Positions 1 to 12,774 of a stretch of 64,000 nt of DNA are shown in pieces. Position 1 is the stretch's first letter. Each line of letters opens with the position of its first letter. The stretch covers positions 41,294,001-41,358,000 of the forward strand of contig CM059432.1 in the NCBI GenBank assembly GCA_030390025.1, given 5' to 3'. The translations under genes and the position numbers were made by a program. The stretch comes from Squalus acanthias. Its lineage: Eukaryota. The notes under the pieces were generated by a model. It searched no databases. It was not told the DNA's origin and saw only the letters and a program-made list of their open reading frames with translations.

Positions 1-542
1 CAGTGATGATGTCATCGCCTTGTGCAGCACCCCGCTTGCACCCCAGCCGCAAACTTCGGTTGCGCCCCCTGACGTACCACCGGATGCTATGTCCGACAGG
101 GTCAGGGGGGCGTACGTGTGGCCAGGGTGGCGATATTTAAAGGGGAGGTGCCAGGCGGCCATTTTTTTTGCTGGCCACCTGCCAGCACCTGCCACCTCTG
201 CCGTCCCCGGTTGGGCCGCGATCGGGCAGCCCGGCACTCCTCTTGAGTGCTGAGCTCTTTTGCCAGCACCCCGATCCCTGGTGGCCCAGCTGGGCCCCGG
301 TTCGCGCTGCGCAAGGCCCTTCCCCTTTAATAAGGGGAGGAAGGCCTGCTGTACCACGGCGCGACGTGCCGCCGTGCGTGGCGCTGCTGCACGTAGCACT
401 GCAATATTGGGCTGGAGCGCTCCAAGAGGGAGGGGGAGCACTTCCAGTAGCGCCCCGCCTCCTGCTTGGGTGCTACCATCGAATTTTGGGCATGGGGGCG
501 CTAACTTTTTCTGGGCAGGGGGCGCGACCCAATTTTTGCCCC
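1..542. mobile_element. Harbinger-family MITE, right end only (left end outside the window), in a GEM intron
   Basis: Ends ...GGCGCGACCCAATTTTTGCCCC followed by TTT. The reverse complement GGGGCAAAAATTGGGTCGCGCC resembles the terminus of the Harbinger at 21794 (GGGGTAGAAATTAGGTCGCGCC). GC-rich, with GGCGCTA/TAGCGCC motifs. Confidence 0.7.
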
Positions 543-974
543 TTTGACTTTAAATATTTGATGTTGTAACGACGGCGAAACGGTCAGCGTTCGTCGCCAT
601 TACTGTGTAAAACTGACAGCAACTTCTGACGTCTGCATATACACTGTTAAACATGGAAATCCAGCAGTTGCTGTCAGTAATACTGCTCCTCCACAAGGTG
701 CGCTGTTGCAGTCTTCGCAGATGCAATCAACACAGAATCAGTGATGTGACGTGATCTTCAACTTTTTACACACTATTCTCGCTGTAAAAACCATTGAAAA
801 AGTTAAGCCTTGTTGAATGAGGTGTAACTGAGCTTTTAACAGCGTACTAAGTCATAATTACTGTTCAACAACCTCTCCGGCCCTGAAAAATTAATTTATT
901 AAGTCTGGAGTGTCATTCCCTCCATTCCATGATAAAAATTCCATAGATTTTTAAAATAATAAAAATAAACCGGA

Positions 975-1100
975 GCGGTTTAGGGAGGGAATCCCACTAG
1001 GAACTAGGCAGCTGAAGGCACAACCACCAATGGTGTAGTGAAGAAAATCGGGGATGTGCAAGAAGCCAGAAATGGAGGAGCAGAATTCTAGCAGCTTATC
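975..1100 (-). mobile_element. L2-type LINE 3' fragment
   Basis: GGCAGCTGAAGGCACAACCACCAATGGTG...GATGTGCAAGAAGCCAGAAATGGAGGAGCAGA matches the L2-type tail seen at 41580-41610 and 44795-44850. Confidence 0.55.
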
Positions 1101-1234
1101 ATTCCCATAAATTGTACCTAAGTAGCGACCTACATGGGTAATGTTCATTGATACATGGCATTGTTCTATTTATTAAGTTGCCTAAGTTCTGTAGTGAACT
1201 TATTTATAAATACCTGTTTCCTCATTCTTTGTAG

Positions 1235-1311
1235 AAGACACCTATGAGCGAATGATCACTGTTGATGGAGAGGGCGCCACCCTTATTGTGATGGACACAT
1301 GGGAAAATAAG
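1235..1311 (+). CDS. GEM: GTP-binding protein GEM (RGK family), internal coding exon (77 bp)
   Basis: TTCTTTGTAG acceptor and AAG|GTAGT donor. Translates (E)DTYERMITVDGEGATLIVMDTWENK, including the RGK-specific DxWE G3 motif. Splices in phase 0 to the next exon. Too short for the ORF track. Confidence 0.93.
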
Positions 1312-2348
1312 GTAGTACAATTATTTCTTAAGATTGGAATGCAAGTACATGTGTTGGCCATGCAAGTAGTGGTGGATTTCTCCTATAAAGATGCATCCTG
1401 TGTCTGGAGAGCTAATATTGCTTAAGCTGCATGAAATACCATTTGTAGCTCCATGGATACCGCACGTTTTATGTCCCTGCCAAAATCAAAACTTTCACCC
1501 AATAACAATTGTCAACCCAGCCATCATAACACAACCACCGCACTTGGGAATAAAAGTAATTTGTTATGTAAAATACTTTGAGTTGCTGCAACATGAAAGT
1601 TATATAAACGCAAGTATGATTTATTTATGTTTCACAAATGGCGGCTGAGTTCAGTTCAGTAGAATTACCCTTGAAGATTTCTTTATAAATGGATCAATAA
1701 TTAGAAGAGAACAGAATTTAAACTTTTCAGAAAAGGCACAATTGAAAAAATCATGGCAAACTCCTTCTAGATCTGTGCCAAGTGTCCGGTTTGCTTGTGA
1801 GAAATTCCTGATGGTGGTGTCCTGTTAAGTGCTGATGGCAGTGATGCGCCATTTATCTGTACTACACACGTGCAGTGCAAGCAGTTTTTAATTCTAATTG
1901 TATAGATAATTATTCCTAAAAAGAAAGCACAATTTGGTCATTAATTATTAAAGCTAATCACTTTAAAAGGTTGCGTTTATTTGATGTTAATGGCCCTGAG
2001 GTTGCTGTGCATAGAAAATAATTCAGGAAAGCTACATTGTAAGAACATCAGGTGGGAAAGGGTTAATTGTGTAGTCAATGCCACATTTTCTTTTAGGAGG
2101 ATTATACCAGCAAATTTCTGAACCTAACAATAGTACAATTAAATTGAGTAAATACTATAGCTACAGTTTCTGTTCAGTGGATTTTCCTTGAGGGACCGGT
2201 TATATTGCTCTGGTAAACTGCATTGTAACTCACAGCAGTTTGTAAACTGTAAAAGGTCTTTCTTTTAATTGTTGCATCCGATGATCTTTATAATTCCAGA
2301 AATAGAAAAGATGCTGACATTTTATTATCAACTTTTGTCTGCTAATAG

Positions 2349-2553
2349 GATGAAGATAACTGGGCGCAGGATCACTGTATGCAGATTGGCGATGCGTATC
2401 TTATTGTCTACTCTATCACTGACAGAGCAAGCTTTGAGAAAGCTTCCGAGCTTCGCATCCAGCTACGGAGAACGCGACAGGCCGAGGATATTCCAATTAT
2501 ATTAGTCGGGAATAAGTGTGACCTTGTGCGCTGTCGAGAAGTATCTGTGGCTG
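2349..2553 (+). CDS. GEM: GEM internal coding exon (205 bp)
   Basis: AG acceptor at 2347-2348 and G|GTATG donor. Translates DEDNWAQDHCMQIGDAYLIVYSITDRASFEKASELRIQLRRTRQAEDIPIILVGNKCDLVRCREVSVA, with the G4 NKxD motif. ITDRASF, RIQL and RCREVS are GEM-like rather than RRAD-like. Confidence 0.95.
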
Positions 2554-2799
2554 GTATGCTTTCTATTTTACTCAGTGATCTAGACCGGGACTTGGATATG
2601 CTGGGTCTTGGCTTTGTAAGGGCAGAGACTCCGCTTGCCCCATAACGTCACTGACATAAGTGGGTGCTGGGGTAGGGCTCAGATCCGGGCTTGGATTATG
2701 GAAGATTTGATGAGCCAATATCTTTTTTACATTTTAGAACAGTCCTCTTTGAAAGGAACCTGAAACCTTTCCCCCAGCCCAGTCTTTAGCTGGGCTTTC

Positions 2800-4516
2800 C
2801 AACCTTTTCAGTGGAAGCGTTGCTCCAAATAAGCCCCTAAACCGCCAAAGACATAAGTTGTGGGACCTCCCCCCAACCCAACAGACTTTAGGCGCATTTT
2901 GATACTTGCACCGAGTTACCAATTTTTTTTTTGTTTCCCTGGCCTCGGGGAACCCGCCAGCTAAAGGAAGGTGAGGACTGCTGGATCTAGGAGGTAAGTG
3001 CCTTTCCACTTACCTGCTGAATCCAGCGGTCCCGCCTCGCCAGCCCCCCGCGATCAGACCCCCCCCCTTGACCCTTCCAATTCCCCCCCGAGGCCTCTGA
3101 ACCCTCCCCCCAAACGAGGCCTCCGACACCCCTCCGATCCCAACTTCGGGTTCGAATCTGCAGCCCCCGAACCCGGTGACGATAAGCAAAACCCGACTCC
3201 GCCGAAGATCCTCCAACTCCCGGCTCCCCCAACGATCTTCCAGCCCCCGACCCTCCCCGATAATCCTCCAGCCCCCGACACCCCCCCGACACCCCCCCGA
3301 CAATCCTCCAGCCCCCGACACCCCCCCGACAATCCTCCAGCCCCCGACCCCCCCGACAATCCTCCAGCCCCCGACCCCACCGAAGGTCCTCCAGCCCCCG
3401 ACCCTCCCCGACAATCCTCCAGCCCCCGACCCTCCCCGACAATCCTCCAGCCCCCGACCCCCCCAACAATCCTCCAGCCCCCAACCCCCCAACAATCCTC
3501 CAGCCTCTGACCCCCCCGACAATCACAGCCCCCCGACCCTCCCCGACAATCCTCCAGCCCCCAACCCCCCAACAATCCTCAGCCCCTGACCCCCCCGGAC
3601 AATCCTCCAGCCCCCGACCCCCCCCCGACATCCTCCAGCCCCCAACCCACCGAAGGTCCTCCAGCCCCCGACCCCCCCGACAATCCTCCAGCCCCCCGAC
3701 CCCCCCCCCGACAATCCTCAGCCCCAACCCTCTCCCGACAATTCCTCCAGCCCCCGACCCCCCCCGACAATCCTCCAGCCCCCGACCCCCCGACAATCCT
3801 CCAGCCCCGACCCCCCACCCGACAATCCTCCAGCCCCGACCCCCCCCGACAATCCTCAGCCCCCAACCCTCCCCCGACAATCTCCAGCCCCCGACCCGCC
3901 CCGACAATCCTCCAGCCCCCGACCCCCCCCCGACAATCCTCCAGCCCCCGACCCCCCCGACAATCCTCCAGCCCCCGACCCCCCGACAATCTCCAGCCCC
4001 CGACCCCCCCCCGACAATCCTCCAGCCCCCGACACCCCCCCCCGACAATCCTCCAGCCCCCGACACCCCCCCCGACAATCCTCCAGCCCCCAACCCCCCC
4101 CGACAATCCTCCAGCCCCGACCCCCCCCGACAATCCTCCAGCCCCCAACCCCCCCCCCCCCGACAATCCTCCAGCCCCCGACCCCACCCCGACAATCCTC
4201 CAGCCCCCGACCCCGACGATGATCTGCAGCCCCCGACTGCCTCCAAAGACCCCCAGCCTTCTGACCGCCCCCCCACCCCACCCACCCCGATCCCTCCCTC
4301 CCTCCTCTCTGCGGCCTAGTGCCGCAGGCCTACCTGCCCGACAGTTAGCCAGCCTCTCCATCTAGCTGGCTGCGGGGGGGGTTGGGGGCGGGGGGAAACA
4401 GGGATTCAAAATGTACATCAGGCCCTGCCGTTAAATTCTCCCCGGTTTCCTGACCATATTGAATCCCGCTCCCCACCCCCCGCTCCCTACCCGCCTCCAA
4501 ATTAAAATTCCGGCCC
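2800..4516. mobile_element. Harbinger-type non-autonomous element carrying the minisatellite
   Basis: Right end ...TAAAATTCCGGCCC (4516) has the GGCCGGAATTTT terminus also seen at 15050. The left terminus was not resolved. Confidence 0.45.
3230..4215. repeat. C-rich minisatellite (unit about 27-29 bp, CCCCCCGACAATCCTCCAGCCCCCGA) inside a MITE-like element in the last GEM intron
   Basis: Dozens of visible tandem copies of GACAATCCTCCAGCCCCC separated by C-runs of variable length. Confidence 0.95.
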
Positions 4517-4795
4517 AAGTATCAGGAGGCTGTTTGACTGCAGAGGGCACCACAGCCAACTCCAAATCCTGCCCTTGTTGAAGATCCACACATTCACACT
4601 TCCAGCAGGAGTCACTGGATAACATTCAGGAGTGGAAACCTGAGTTGACTTATTTCTTCCTAGCCCAGGAGCACTAAGGCGAAGTGTAGTGCCCCTCACG
4701 CCAGTCTGACATCTGCTAACCCAGTATAGATTGCTCCTGGAACTTTCTCAGTCTGTACGGCTCAACCACTCACTGGATTAACTGAACCACCAGGA
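4517..4795 (-). mobile_element. Old tRNA-derived SINE (second copy at about 32490-32750)
   Basis: Shares blocks with 32520-32740 (GGCTGTTTGACTG, CCTGCCCT, CAGCAG..GTCACT.GATA). A degenerate tRNA-like head reads on the minus strand. Confidence 0.5.
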
Positions 4796-6273
4796 TAGTT
4801 AGCAATGATCTTTGAACTCTGTGAGGCCTATAATGTGGTTTCAGCACTGATAATGCAATCCTGTTGAATCAGCAATGGGAAAATATTGCGAGGTCAGCTC
4901 TTTTGAATACTTAATGTTGCTGCCAGTACGTTCCTCATGACTGAGGTGTAGAGATGGTAGTATGTAAACAGCTGCTGGCACATTAAAGACAACAGACTTT
5001 TTTTGTGAGGTGGATTATAATGTCGTCCAAGAAAATTGGTCTTTTGCGGCATAACTGTATATTTACATTACAGATGCAGCTGTGATTAATCTCTGTACAG
5101 TTAGTGGCTTAGGCACCTCCTGCCTGCACTTTCCAGTGCTCATGGTAGCAGGCGTAGTGTAGGCCTTAGGCCTCGTGTGTCCACAATATGAGGTACAGTG
5201 CCATGGGCCACATTATCAGCCATCTTGTCTCTGGAAACAGAGTATTGTAAACTGTGACTACTTGAACAGGTTTTCAGGCATTTTAATGTAGCAACAATCC
5301 TATATGTTTTATTTGAATTGCCTCTGAGTTTGTGGCTTTGAGCCCCTTATGAGGTCCAGGGCATATAATCTAGGCTGGCATTCCAATGTAGTACTGAGGA
5401 AGTGCTACATTGTCAGAGGTGCTGTCATTCAATAATGGCCCTAAATTAGTGATCAGTATGACGACGTACTCTCTAATGTACTCTCGCTGTCATATCGCCT
5501 TTGAAATTGACCACAAGTTCGGGATTTTCACTTGCCATCTGTCAAGTTCCGACTGCACATCGGCTTCACTGCACATTTCACATACTCGTTCAAATTAACG
5601 TGCAGGCAAAAAGTTGGGCTAATTGTCCACCTACTGTGCATTAATTACACTGAAAATTTTTACGTCTGGTGCAAACAGGCGTAGGAGCCTGTTGCACAGT
5701 GTAAGGGGGAAGGGAGATGAGAAAATTGTATTCATGTTGAGCTAAGTTTATGCTACAGCCCATAACAATGAGGCACTGGTTCGTGTCTGAGCAGATACAA
5801 ACTTTGAAAGAAACTTTTATTTGTTCGAGTTTGAAAACAGGGCCTTTTTGTGTCACTGCCTTTGCTGCCCAAAAGCCTTTTGTAGTTTCGGTTTAATTAT
5901 TTCCCAACTTCTATTTAGATAGGATTTAGTTCACTTTCATGAGTTACTCATGTTATCAGACATGTCACAGCTCACAGTTCAGGGATGGTTAAATTTCACT
6001 TATTTCTAGTCACAATCATTATATTTGGGAGAAAATAGTAACTTCTTTATCTTCCTTCTTCTAACAGTTAAAAGAAGCTAACCAGAACTCTATTAATTTC
6101 ATTGGGTTTACCATCTATAAAAGACTTTTTTCCAGAGGCCTTACATAAAGAATTCTGGCAGCACTTGTTGAGGAACCGGTTTGCAACAGCCAAAGAACGA
6201 GGCACAAATTATTTTAATAAGCAGAAGGCATATGTATGTGTTTTTTAAATTTAAATGTTTTTTTCATTTGCAG

Positions 6274-6551
6274 AGGGCAGATCTTGTGCTGTTGTTTTCG
6301 ACTGCAAGTTCATCGAGACCTCTGCTGCAGTCCAGCATAATGTACAAGAACTCTTTGAAGGAATTGTGCGACAGGTGCGGCTCAGGAGAGATAGCAAAGA
6401 AGTGAATGAACGAAGAATGGCCCAGTACAAACGAAGAGAGAGCTTCCCGAGGAAGGCCCGACGCTTTTTGGATAAACTAGTGGCAAAGAACAATAAAAAG
6501 ATGGCTTATAAAGTGAGATCAAAATCTTGTCATGACCTTTCTGTACTATAA
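6274..6551 (+). CDS. GEM: GEM terminal coding exon
   Basis: TTTCATTTGCAG acceptor, phase 1. Translates EGRSCAVVFDCKFIETSAAVQHNVQELFEGIVRQVRLRRDSKE...KARRFLDKLVAKNNKKMAYKVRSKSCHDLSVL*, with the G5 ETSA motif, the basic calmodulin-binding region and the RGK C-terminal KSKSCHDLSVL-type motif. Confidence 0.96.
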
Positions 6552-7472
6552 AAAGTATAGACTGCCATAATTAAAATGGTGACTGTTAAATTATCAGACT
6601 ATTATTTTGAGGGTATGGGTTAATCAATCTATATTAGATTACGATATATTGGACCCAATTGGTTTACAGTTGTGTTTGAGTTGACAGCAGCACAGCTTTC
6701 TATGTTGGTGAATTTCCCCCATTGTTTGTCAATGAAGAGCTTTCAATATCAGTTTATGATATTGCATCTGATATGTGGTTTGCTTAGAGTTACATGTTCC
6801 TGAAATGAATTATAGAAGGAGAGTCTTAAACTACAGGCAATTCTGGCATAAAAGGGCTTTTTAACCTTGTAATAAGCTCCATTTTTTTAAAAAAGGAGAG
6901 AATTGCCAAAGAGATGGAATAGTAGTTTAAAATTGCCTCTGCTATTTCATGCCCTGCATTGCAATCAGAAGATCAAAAACGCTTTCTGGTCATGATTTGT
7001 CACTGACATCACGCATGGTGGAACAGGGCAACTGCAGCTCAGCTCAGTGACCACATTATTACATTAGACTATTATTTTCTTGCTTTAAGTGAAAAATCTG
7101 TTTTAAACAGTGTTGGAGTACTGGATTATTGTTAAAGGTGACAAATAAAGTGAGCTCTGCCAGGCATGGTGAGCTCTCCTGTGAATTCAGAGCATACTAC
7201 TTACAGCTCGTTCCTTATCTGACCTCTAAGAGATTTCAGACTGAAAATGTCAAAAATAAAATCATCACTTGGTGTAGTAGTGTGCATGTGTTCCTTGTGA
7301 ATCAAGTTGAGTTTTCATCCAGAGAGTGGCTATTGGACAATAACCTGTCATTGCTATAAGGTTGCTAATCTCCAGCACTTTTTCTCCAGTTAAGAAGGTG
7401 GGTAAGAGATTCGTTTCAAGGTCTCTGGTATTGTTGGTCTGTAACCAACCACTGGTAGTTAGTTATGAGAAC

Positions 7473-7556
7473 ACATCTGGGGTGACTCATCTGACAAATC
7501 CCATCTCCCTCCAGAACATCTGGGGTGACTCATCTGACAATTCCCATCTCCCTCCA
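7473..7556 (+). repeat. 43-bp tandem duplication, each copy containing TGACTCA
   Basis: ACATCTGGGGTGACTCATCTGACAA(A/T)TCCCATCTCCCTCCA at 7473 and 7516. Confidence 0.9.
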
Positions 7557-9822
7557 TGACAAAAGGAATGTCCTACTGCTCAACCTCTCTCCAGTGGCTT
7601 AGATGTAGAATTGGGAGGAGAGAAGGGATGAATCTGCTTTTTTAGCACATTAATATCTCAACATGCTGTGCCCTAAGCCATATTAGCCACCAGTATGGAT
7701 GGAAAGAGCATGATATCTACAATAGAATCATAGAATTTTATGCCACAGAAGGAGGCCATTCAGCCCATCACACTTGTACCTTTTGTCTCTTGTTCCAGTC
7801 CTCTGAATGCTATCATTCATTTCTGGATATATTTCAGGTCTTTGTAACTGTTCAACCTTTCACTGTCAGTATTGAGCTTGTGTTCCATTTAAAACAACGT
7901 TTGTAGGAAGAAATAAGTTGAACAAACTAATGTCTTTTTTAACTGCATTATATCCCTTTTAAATAAGTTTAATTTTTAACTACATTACTATATATATATT
8001 CTTTTATATTTTTCCAGATAAAATTTGTGTATTTATTATGAACAATTCAACTAGAACTCTTTTTTAACAAAATGTTGACAAAATTTTGTATTTATTTTGT
8101 AAGTTTCTACTTAAATATTCCACTTTCAAGCAAAATAATGTAGTTTATTAATTTTATTATGAAACATTTTTATTGCCTTCAATGTATTATTTTGTGTAAA
8201 GTATGCTGGTTTGTACTTTGAACAATTCTTTATGTGTAATGGTGTATGAAGATCTGTTGAAACTGTTGGTTTCTGAGCATTAGGGCCAATAACTTGTGGT
8301 TTCTCCAATATTGAATTAACCTCGGCCACCCAGTCCAGACAAAGTAACCCCACGAAATTCTCCACATTGGCCAAATTGGCCACAGAGAACTTTCAGCTCA
8401 TGAAAGATATTTATTCAGAATATTATTTTTCTTTTTATCATCAATTATTCAGCAATTTCATCTTTGTGTTTTTATAATGCAGATTTGCTAAGGATTGTTG
8501 AAGTTAAACATTGTAGGAATTTTTGACTTATTGATGTTAGCAATGGTGTTCAACTAACTGCTGAGTAGGAACCGGGTAAAGCCACTTGGTGAGAAATGTT
8601 TCAACCTACGTCCCATAGTGATAGAACAGTAGTAATTAATTTGAGGAAAATCTAAATTTCCTTTTCCCATTCTGGTTGAACTTGTCTCACACTGGTTGAA
8701 TATTTCAATCTGCCTGCCCTTCTTTATTCAGCTGAATATGCTGACACTGTCAGATAAGTTTGAGTAATTCTGGCTGGTTGGGAATGAGGGGGAAGTGAGA
8801 CTCAGCTAGTTAATGAATAAAAGAATGACAATAATGATTCAGATTGGTTAAGACAATTGGTAATCCATGCATTCATGAATAAAAGGCTTACATTGAATGG
8901 CAAATAATTTTAGGATTATTGCCAATTTGCTTAAAACATAATAAAACAATAACCTTTTGTGTGCATGAATGGAACACAGACATCTTTATTGATTTTCAAT
9001 AATTGGATTATCACTTTGGAAAACACAGAAAGAACAACAATAGTCTTATTAAAGACATCTTACTACTTAATGTGATGGAAAAATAGTGCATGAAGAGAAC
9101 CAAGGGATTCATTAACAAAAACAGTGCAATGACCCATTTATTTTAAATAGATTGGAGAAACCAAAAATCACATTATTTTGGTCCAATTGACCTTTTCTTT
9201 TAAATTTATTATTATTTTTCTTTTAAAATAATTTTTCTCCTGCATGATGCTTTAATAAGGAGAGTGAGGTATAAATATGACTTTGAATGAATGTTATAGT
9301 CTGGCCTTGAAATTAGTTCCTTCCTATTTAGCTCTGTTTTGAAACCATACCTGTAAAGCTTATTGGAAGGAAATCAAATTGTTCAATATTATTTCTCAGT
9401 TTCAAGATCTTCGTTCAATTAACGATTTTATTTATATTTAATAGTTCATTTCTACACTATTCAATGGACAAATATATGGATTTATGTTTGTACTGGAACA
9501 TTCTTGTTTTAAATCATTGAAGTATACCATTCATATAACAACATACAGATATTTAATAAAAACTTTTTTTAGAGAAATATGCATTACTTTTGGTTTTATT
9601 ATAGATACTTAAAACTTTTTACTTATGCATTTGTGATTAGAAGTGGGTACTGATAATGACTGACTTCATATACCACTGAAATCAGAGTTACCAAAAGTCT
9701 GCAAAGGCGGCAAAAATAAAACATTGCCAATGTGTGAGAGATCAGTGGGATGGATGAACTAAGGAACTACCAGAAAAATTTACACTCCAGGTGACAAGGT
9801 CTTCCCTCCCTAAAATGAAAAA

Positions 9823-10095
9823 GATCCTTGCATTTATGTAGTGCCTTATTATGTCTCTGAAAATCTGAAAGAGCCTATATAAAATAAATTACTGGGAAGT
9901 GTATAAGTGGCTGTTGTTATGTAGGCCAACATGGCTTAAATTTACATATAGCAAGATCCCAGAGATAGCAATGAAATTAATGACAGCTAATCAGTTTTTG
10001 GTGGTATTGGTTGCAGAAGGAATGTTGGCCAAGACGCTGGAAGAATCATCAAGGTGAACAGACAGATGGGGCCTCGCTTTAATGTCTTATCCAAA
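9823..10095 (-). mobile_element. DeuSINE (SacSINE1-like) remnant
   Basis: CTTGCATTTATGTAGTGCC tail and GGGCCTCGCTTTAATGTCTTATCC Deu-domain-like block, shared with the copies at 31430, 38476 and 63457. Confidence 0.6.
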
Positions 10096-10189
10096 TAAGA
10101 ACTGCCTGCCAAATGGCATGCATCATAAATTTATATTTCACTAACATTATTTACCACATTTCATCAATGATGTTCTTTGAAACAAGAAT

Positions 10190-10420
10190 TGTATCAAAGA
10201 ACTGATGGGTGACAAATGTTGCACCCTGTTCAAGAAATATAGACAGGTTAGCCTCACACTAGTAGGAAAACTGCTAGAGGCCATTGAAAAGGGACACTTG
10301 GGAAAGTATGACCTAGTCAGGGACAATCAATGTGAATTTATAAAGGGATGGATAAACTTCTGTGAGGAAGTTGCCAAGCATACAGACAAAGGAAATGAAG
10401 TGGATATAGTATATTTGTTC
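10190..10420 (+). mobile_element. Degenerate CR1 reverse transcriptase fragment
   Basis: Translation YRQVSLTLVGKLLE...NQCEFIKG...NFCEEVAKHTDKGNEVDIVY matches CR1 ORF2 (YRPVSLTSVVGK...SQHGF...FFEEVT..VDKG..VDVVY). Confidence 0.75.
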
Positions 10421-12774
10421 CTGTCCAACAACTTTTCTTTTGACTTCCAAATGTAAACAGAATTATGTTATCTTTAAATGTTTTCCTACCTTCACTTACC
10501 TGTCCAGGTTTATTACCCAGAACCAGGCCCAGTACTGCCTCTTTCCTTAATGAACTTCTAATGCACTAATTTAGAAAACAGTCATAAATGCATTGAATAA
10601 ATTCTTCTCCATTTTGGCCACCATCATTAATATTATTCTAGTCTACCTCTGATGGTTAAAGCCGCCCCTTTTTGGAGCCCTATTACTTCGGCAAACCTAA
10701 TTTCTTCCTCTACTTTTTCATGATTTAGCAGTCTATAATGGTCACCTAATATTATTGCATAGCTTTTATTATTTCTCAGTTGAATCCAGAGAACTCAGCT
10801 GACTATCACCTTTGTTAAAATAAGAGATCTGAATTCATGTTTGTCTATGATTTATTTTGGTAGCAGGGTGACACAGATGGCCGTAGATATTCCAAGAGTG
10901 GTTTGACAATCTCTTGCAACAGGGATTTGGAATCAAATTTCAAATCCTTTATTTCTCAAGCTTAGCATGGGGGTGAGAGAGTAAAAGGGGTGGGGGTGAA
11001 AGAGAGTGTCTTTCTTCATACTAATATTCAATTTTCAAAAAAATACAGTCCGTATAACTACATATTAGCAGCTGTAGTCTGTTGATGATTCTATTTACAC
11101 TTATCTATCAAACCCTATTGACAAGATTTAATTTTGTTTTGATAGAAGCACCTGCTTAATTCCTTCAATTGACACAATAAGAGTTGTTGAAGAAGAAAAA
11201 CAGGAAAACATGAATGTACTGCACGATCTTTCTCAGTTGATAATGGCTTATTCCAAATAGTTTACTGTCTAGCTAGAAACTATGGGCTAGGAATTCCACA
11301 CGGTGAGTTGCTTTTATGCTAATGGTAATGAGTTACGTCTGCCGATGGTCTAGAGAATGACACAAGGATTTCAAGAGTCAGTTTGTTTGCATATCATTGG
11401 AGTAGTGATTGGCAAATTACCCATGTAAAGCTGGGGGCAATATGCTGGGGTGCATGGAAATTACAGCACACCCTGTGACTGCACAACCTGGCCACTCGGC
11501 TCCCAGTAATCACTTAAAATGCTTTTTTGAATGTTTTTATCTGCCATTTTTCTCTCAGGAACTGAAATATCTAATGGGCAATATATGGGTTGAAACAAAA
11601 TTTAAAATGTTAAAGTAAGATTAGATAGTTCACAATAATATGATTGTCTTTTAATGCCTTTATTAAGAGTTTATTTGAAGGCCTGCCAAAAGCCTGGACT
11701 TGATACTTTTGTCTGGAGCTATGACTCAGTGAGCTGAATTTGGATTGTGCCATTTGAGCATGTGCAGCACACCTAATATGCCAAGATGTATCTACTGTTC
11801 AGTCTGCTGTATTAACGTTTTTTTTTTAGTTTCTATCACTTTCTTCTCATCAGCTTTTTTTCAAATAATTTTGAAAAAGAGGACAAATTTCAAAGCTTTA
11901 TTGAGGTAAAATTTATATTGAGTGTGTTCTTTAAAAACAGAAAAGTGTGTGTGAGTCAGAAAATTTACACGGGAAATTTTAAGCTAACCTGTCCAGCAGT
12001 TTGGGTTGGACGCCCGTTTTAAACTTTTTTAAATGCTGGAAGCAAACAAAACCTCTTTGACGGAAACAGAGAGATAGGACTGGAGGGGCAGTGGATATGG
12101 CAAACTGGCTGAGAGTGAAGGGTTTCTAGCCTGTTGCCACCCACCTTTAGGGGAACTAGTGTGAGTGGGGAGGAAGTGAATGGAGCATTTAGGATGAGGT
12201 GAGTGGCAGCAGAGAAGGGAAGCATACAGGTTTGAAGGGTAGTTTGAAGGTGAAGTAGGGTCAGTTATGGGAGGGAGAGGTGTTAGGAAGTAAAGGAGTG
12301 ATGCGAATGTGATGGAGTAGGGGGCCTAATGGAAGCAAGGGGGTGTAAGGAACATGAATAATTGGGGGAGGGGATGGGAGAAAGTCTTTGAGGGCCACAT
12401 TTTCTCCAAAACCCCCACCCCAAATGAAGTTGTTGGTGTCTCCTTTTCCCACCACCTCTCACCAGAAAGAAAAGATGAAAAGAAAAAGAGATTGAGATAT
12501 ACTGAGGAGGAGCAAAAATAAATGTTAAGGAGAGAGAGGCAGAAGAGAAGGGAAAGAGAGAGACAGGAGCAGAAGAGGGGAGACAGAGGGAAACAGCAAC
12601 ATAAAGACATCAGAGACAAGTAAAAGAGTACCCATATTCTCTGACTTACCGTTTGCAAAGTCATGGGAAATCGACTGGCAATATATAAAAAATATTATAT
12701 TTGTGAACACTTCCTCTCAACTTTTTCATTATAAATGCCGATAATACAACCTGCCAATGTAAACTTGTCACATT

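Noticed and set aside
3230..4215. Regularly spaced repeats resembling a CRISPR array
   Set aside because: The intervals are only C-runs rather than unique spacers, the context is a eukaryotic intron, and there are no cas genes.
2987..4361. Long Gly/Pro-rich ORFs (up to 432 aa) on both strands
   Set aside because: They are translations of a stop-poor minisatellite inside a GEM intron.
1235..6551. Assignment as RRAD or REM instead of GEM
   Set aside because: WENK, ITDRASF, RCREVS and AAVQHNV match GEM rather than RRAD (VTDKGSF, RSREVS, AALHHNV).
6552..8900. GEM 3' UTR end and AU-rich elements
   Set aside because: Several AATAAA and ATTTA motifs occur in very AT-rich DNA, and the true poly(A) site cannot be chosen from sequence alone.
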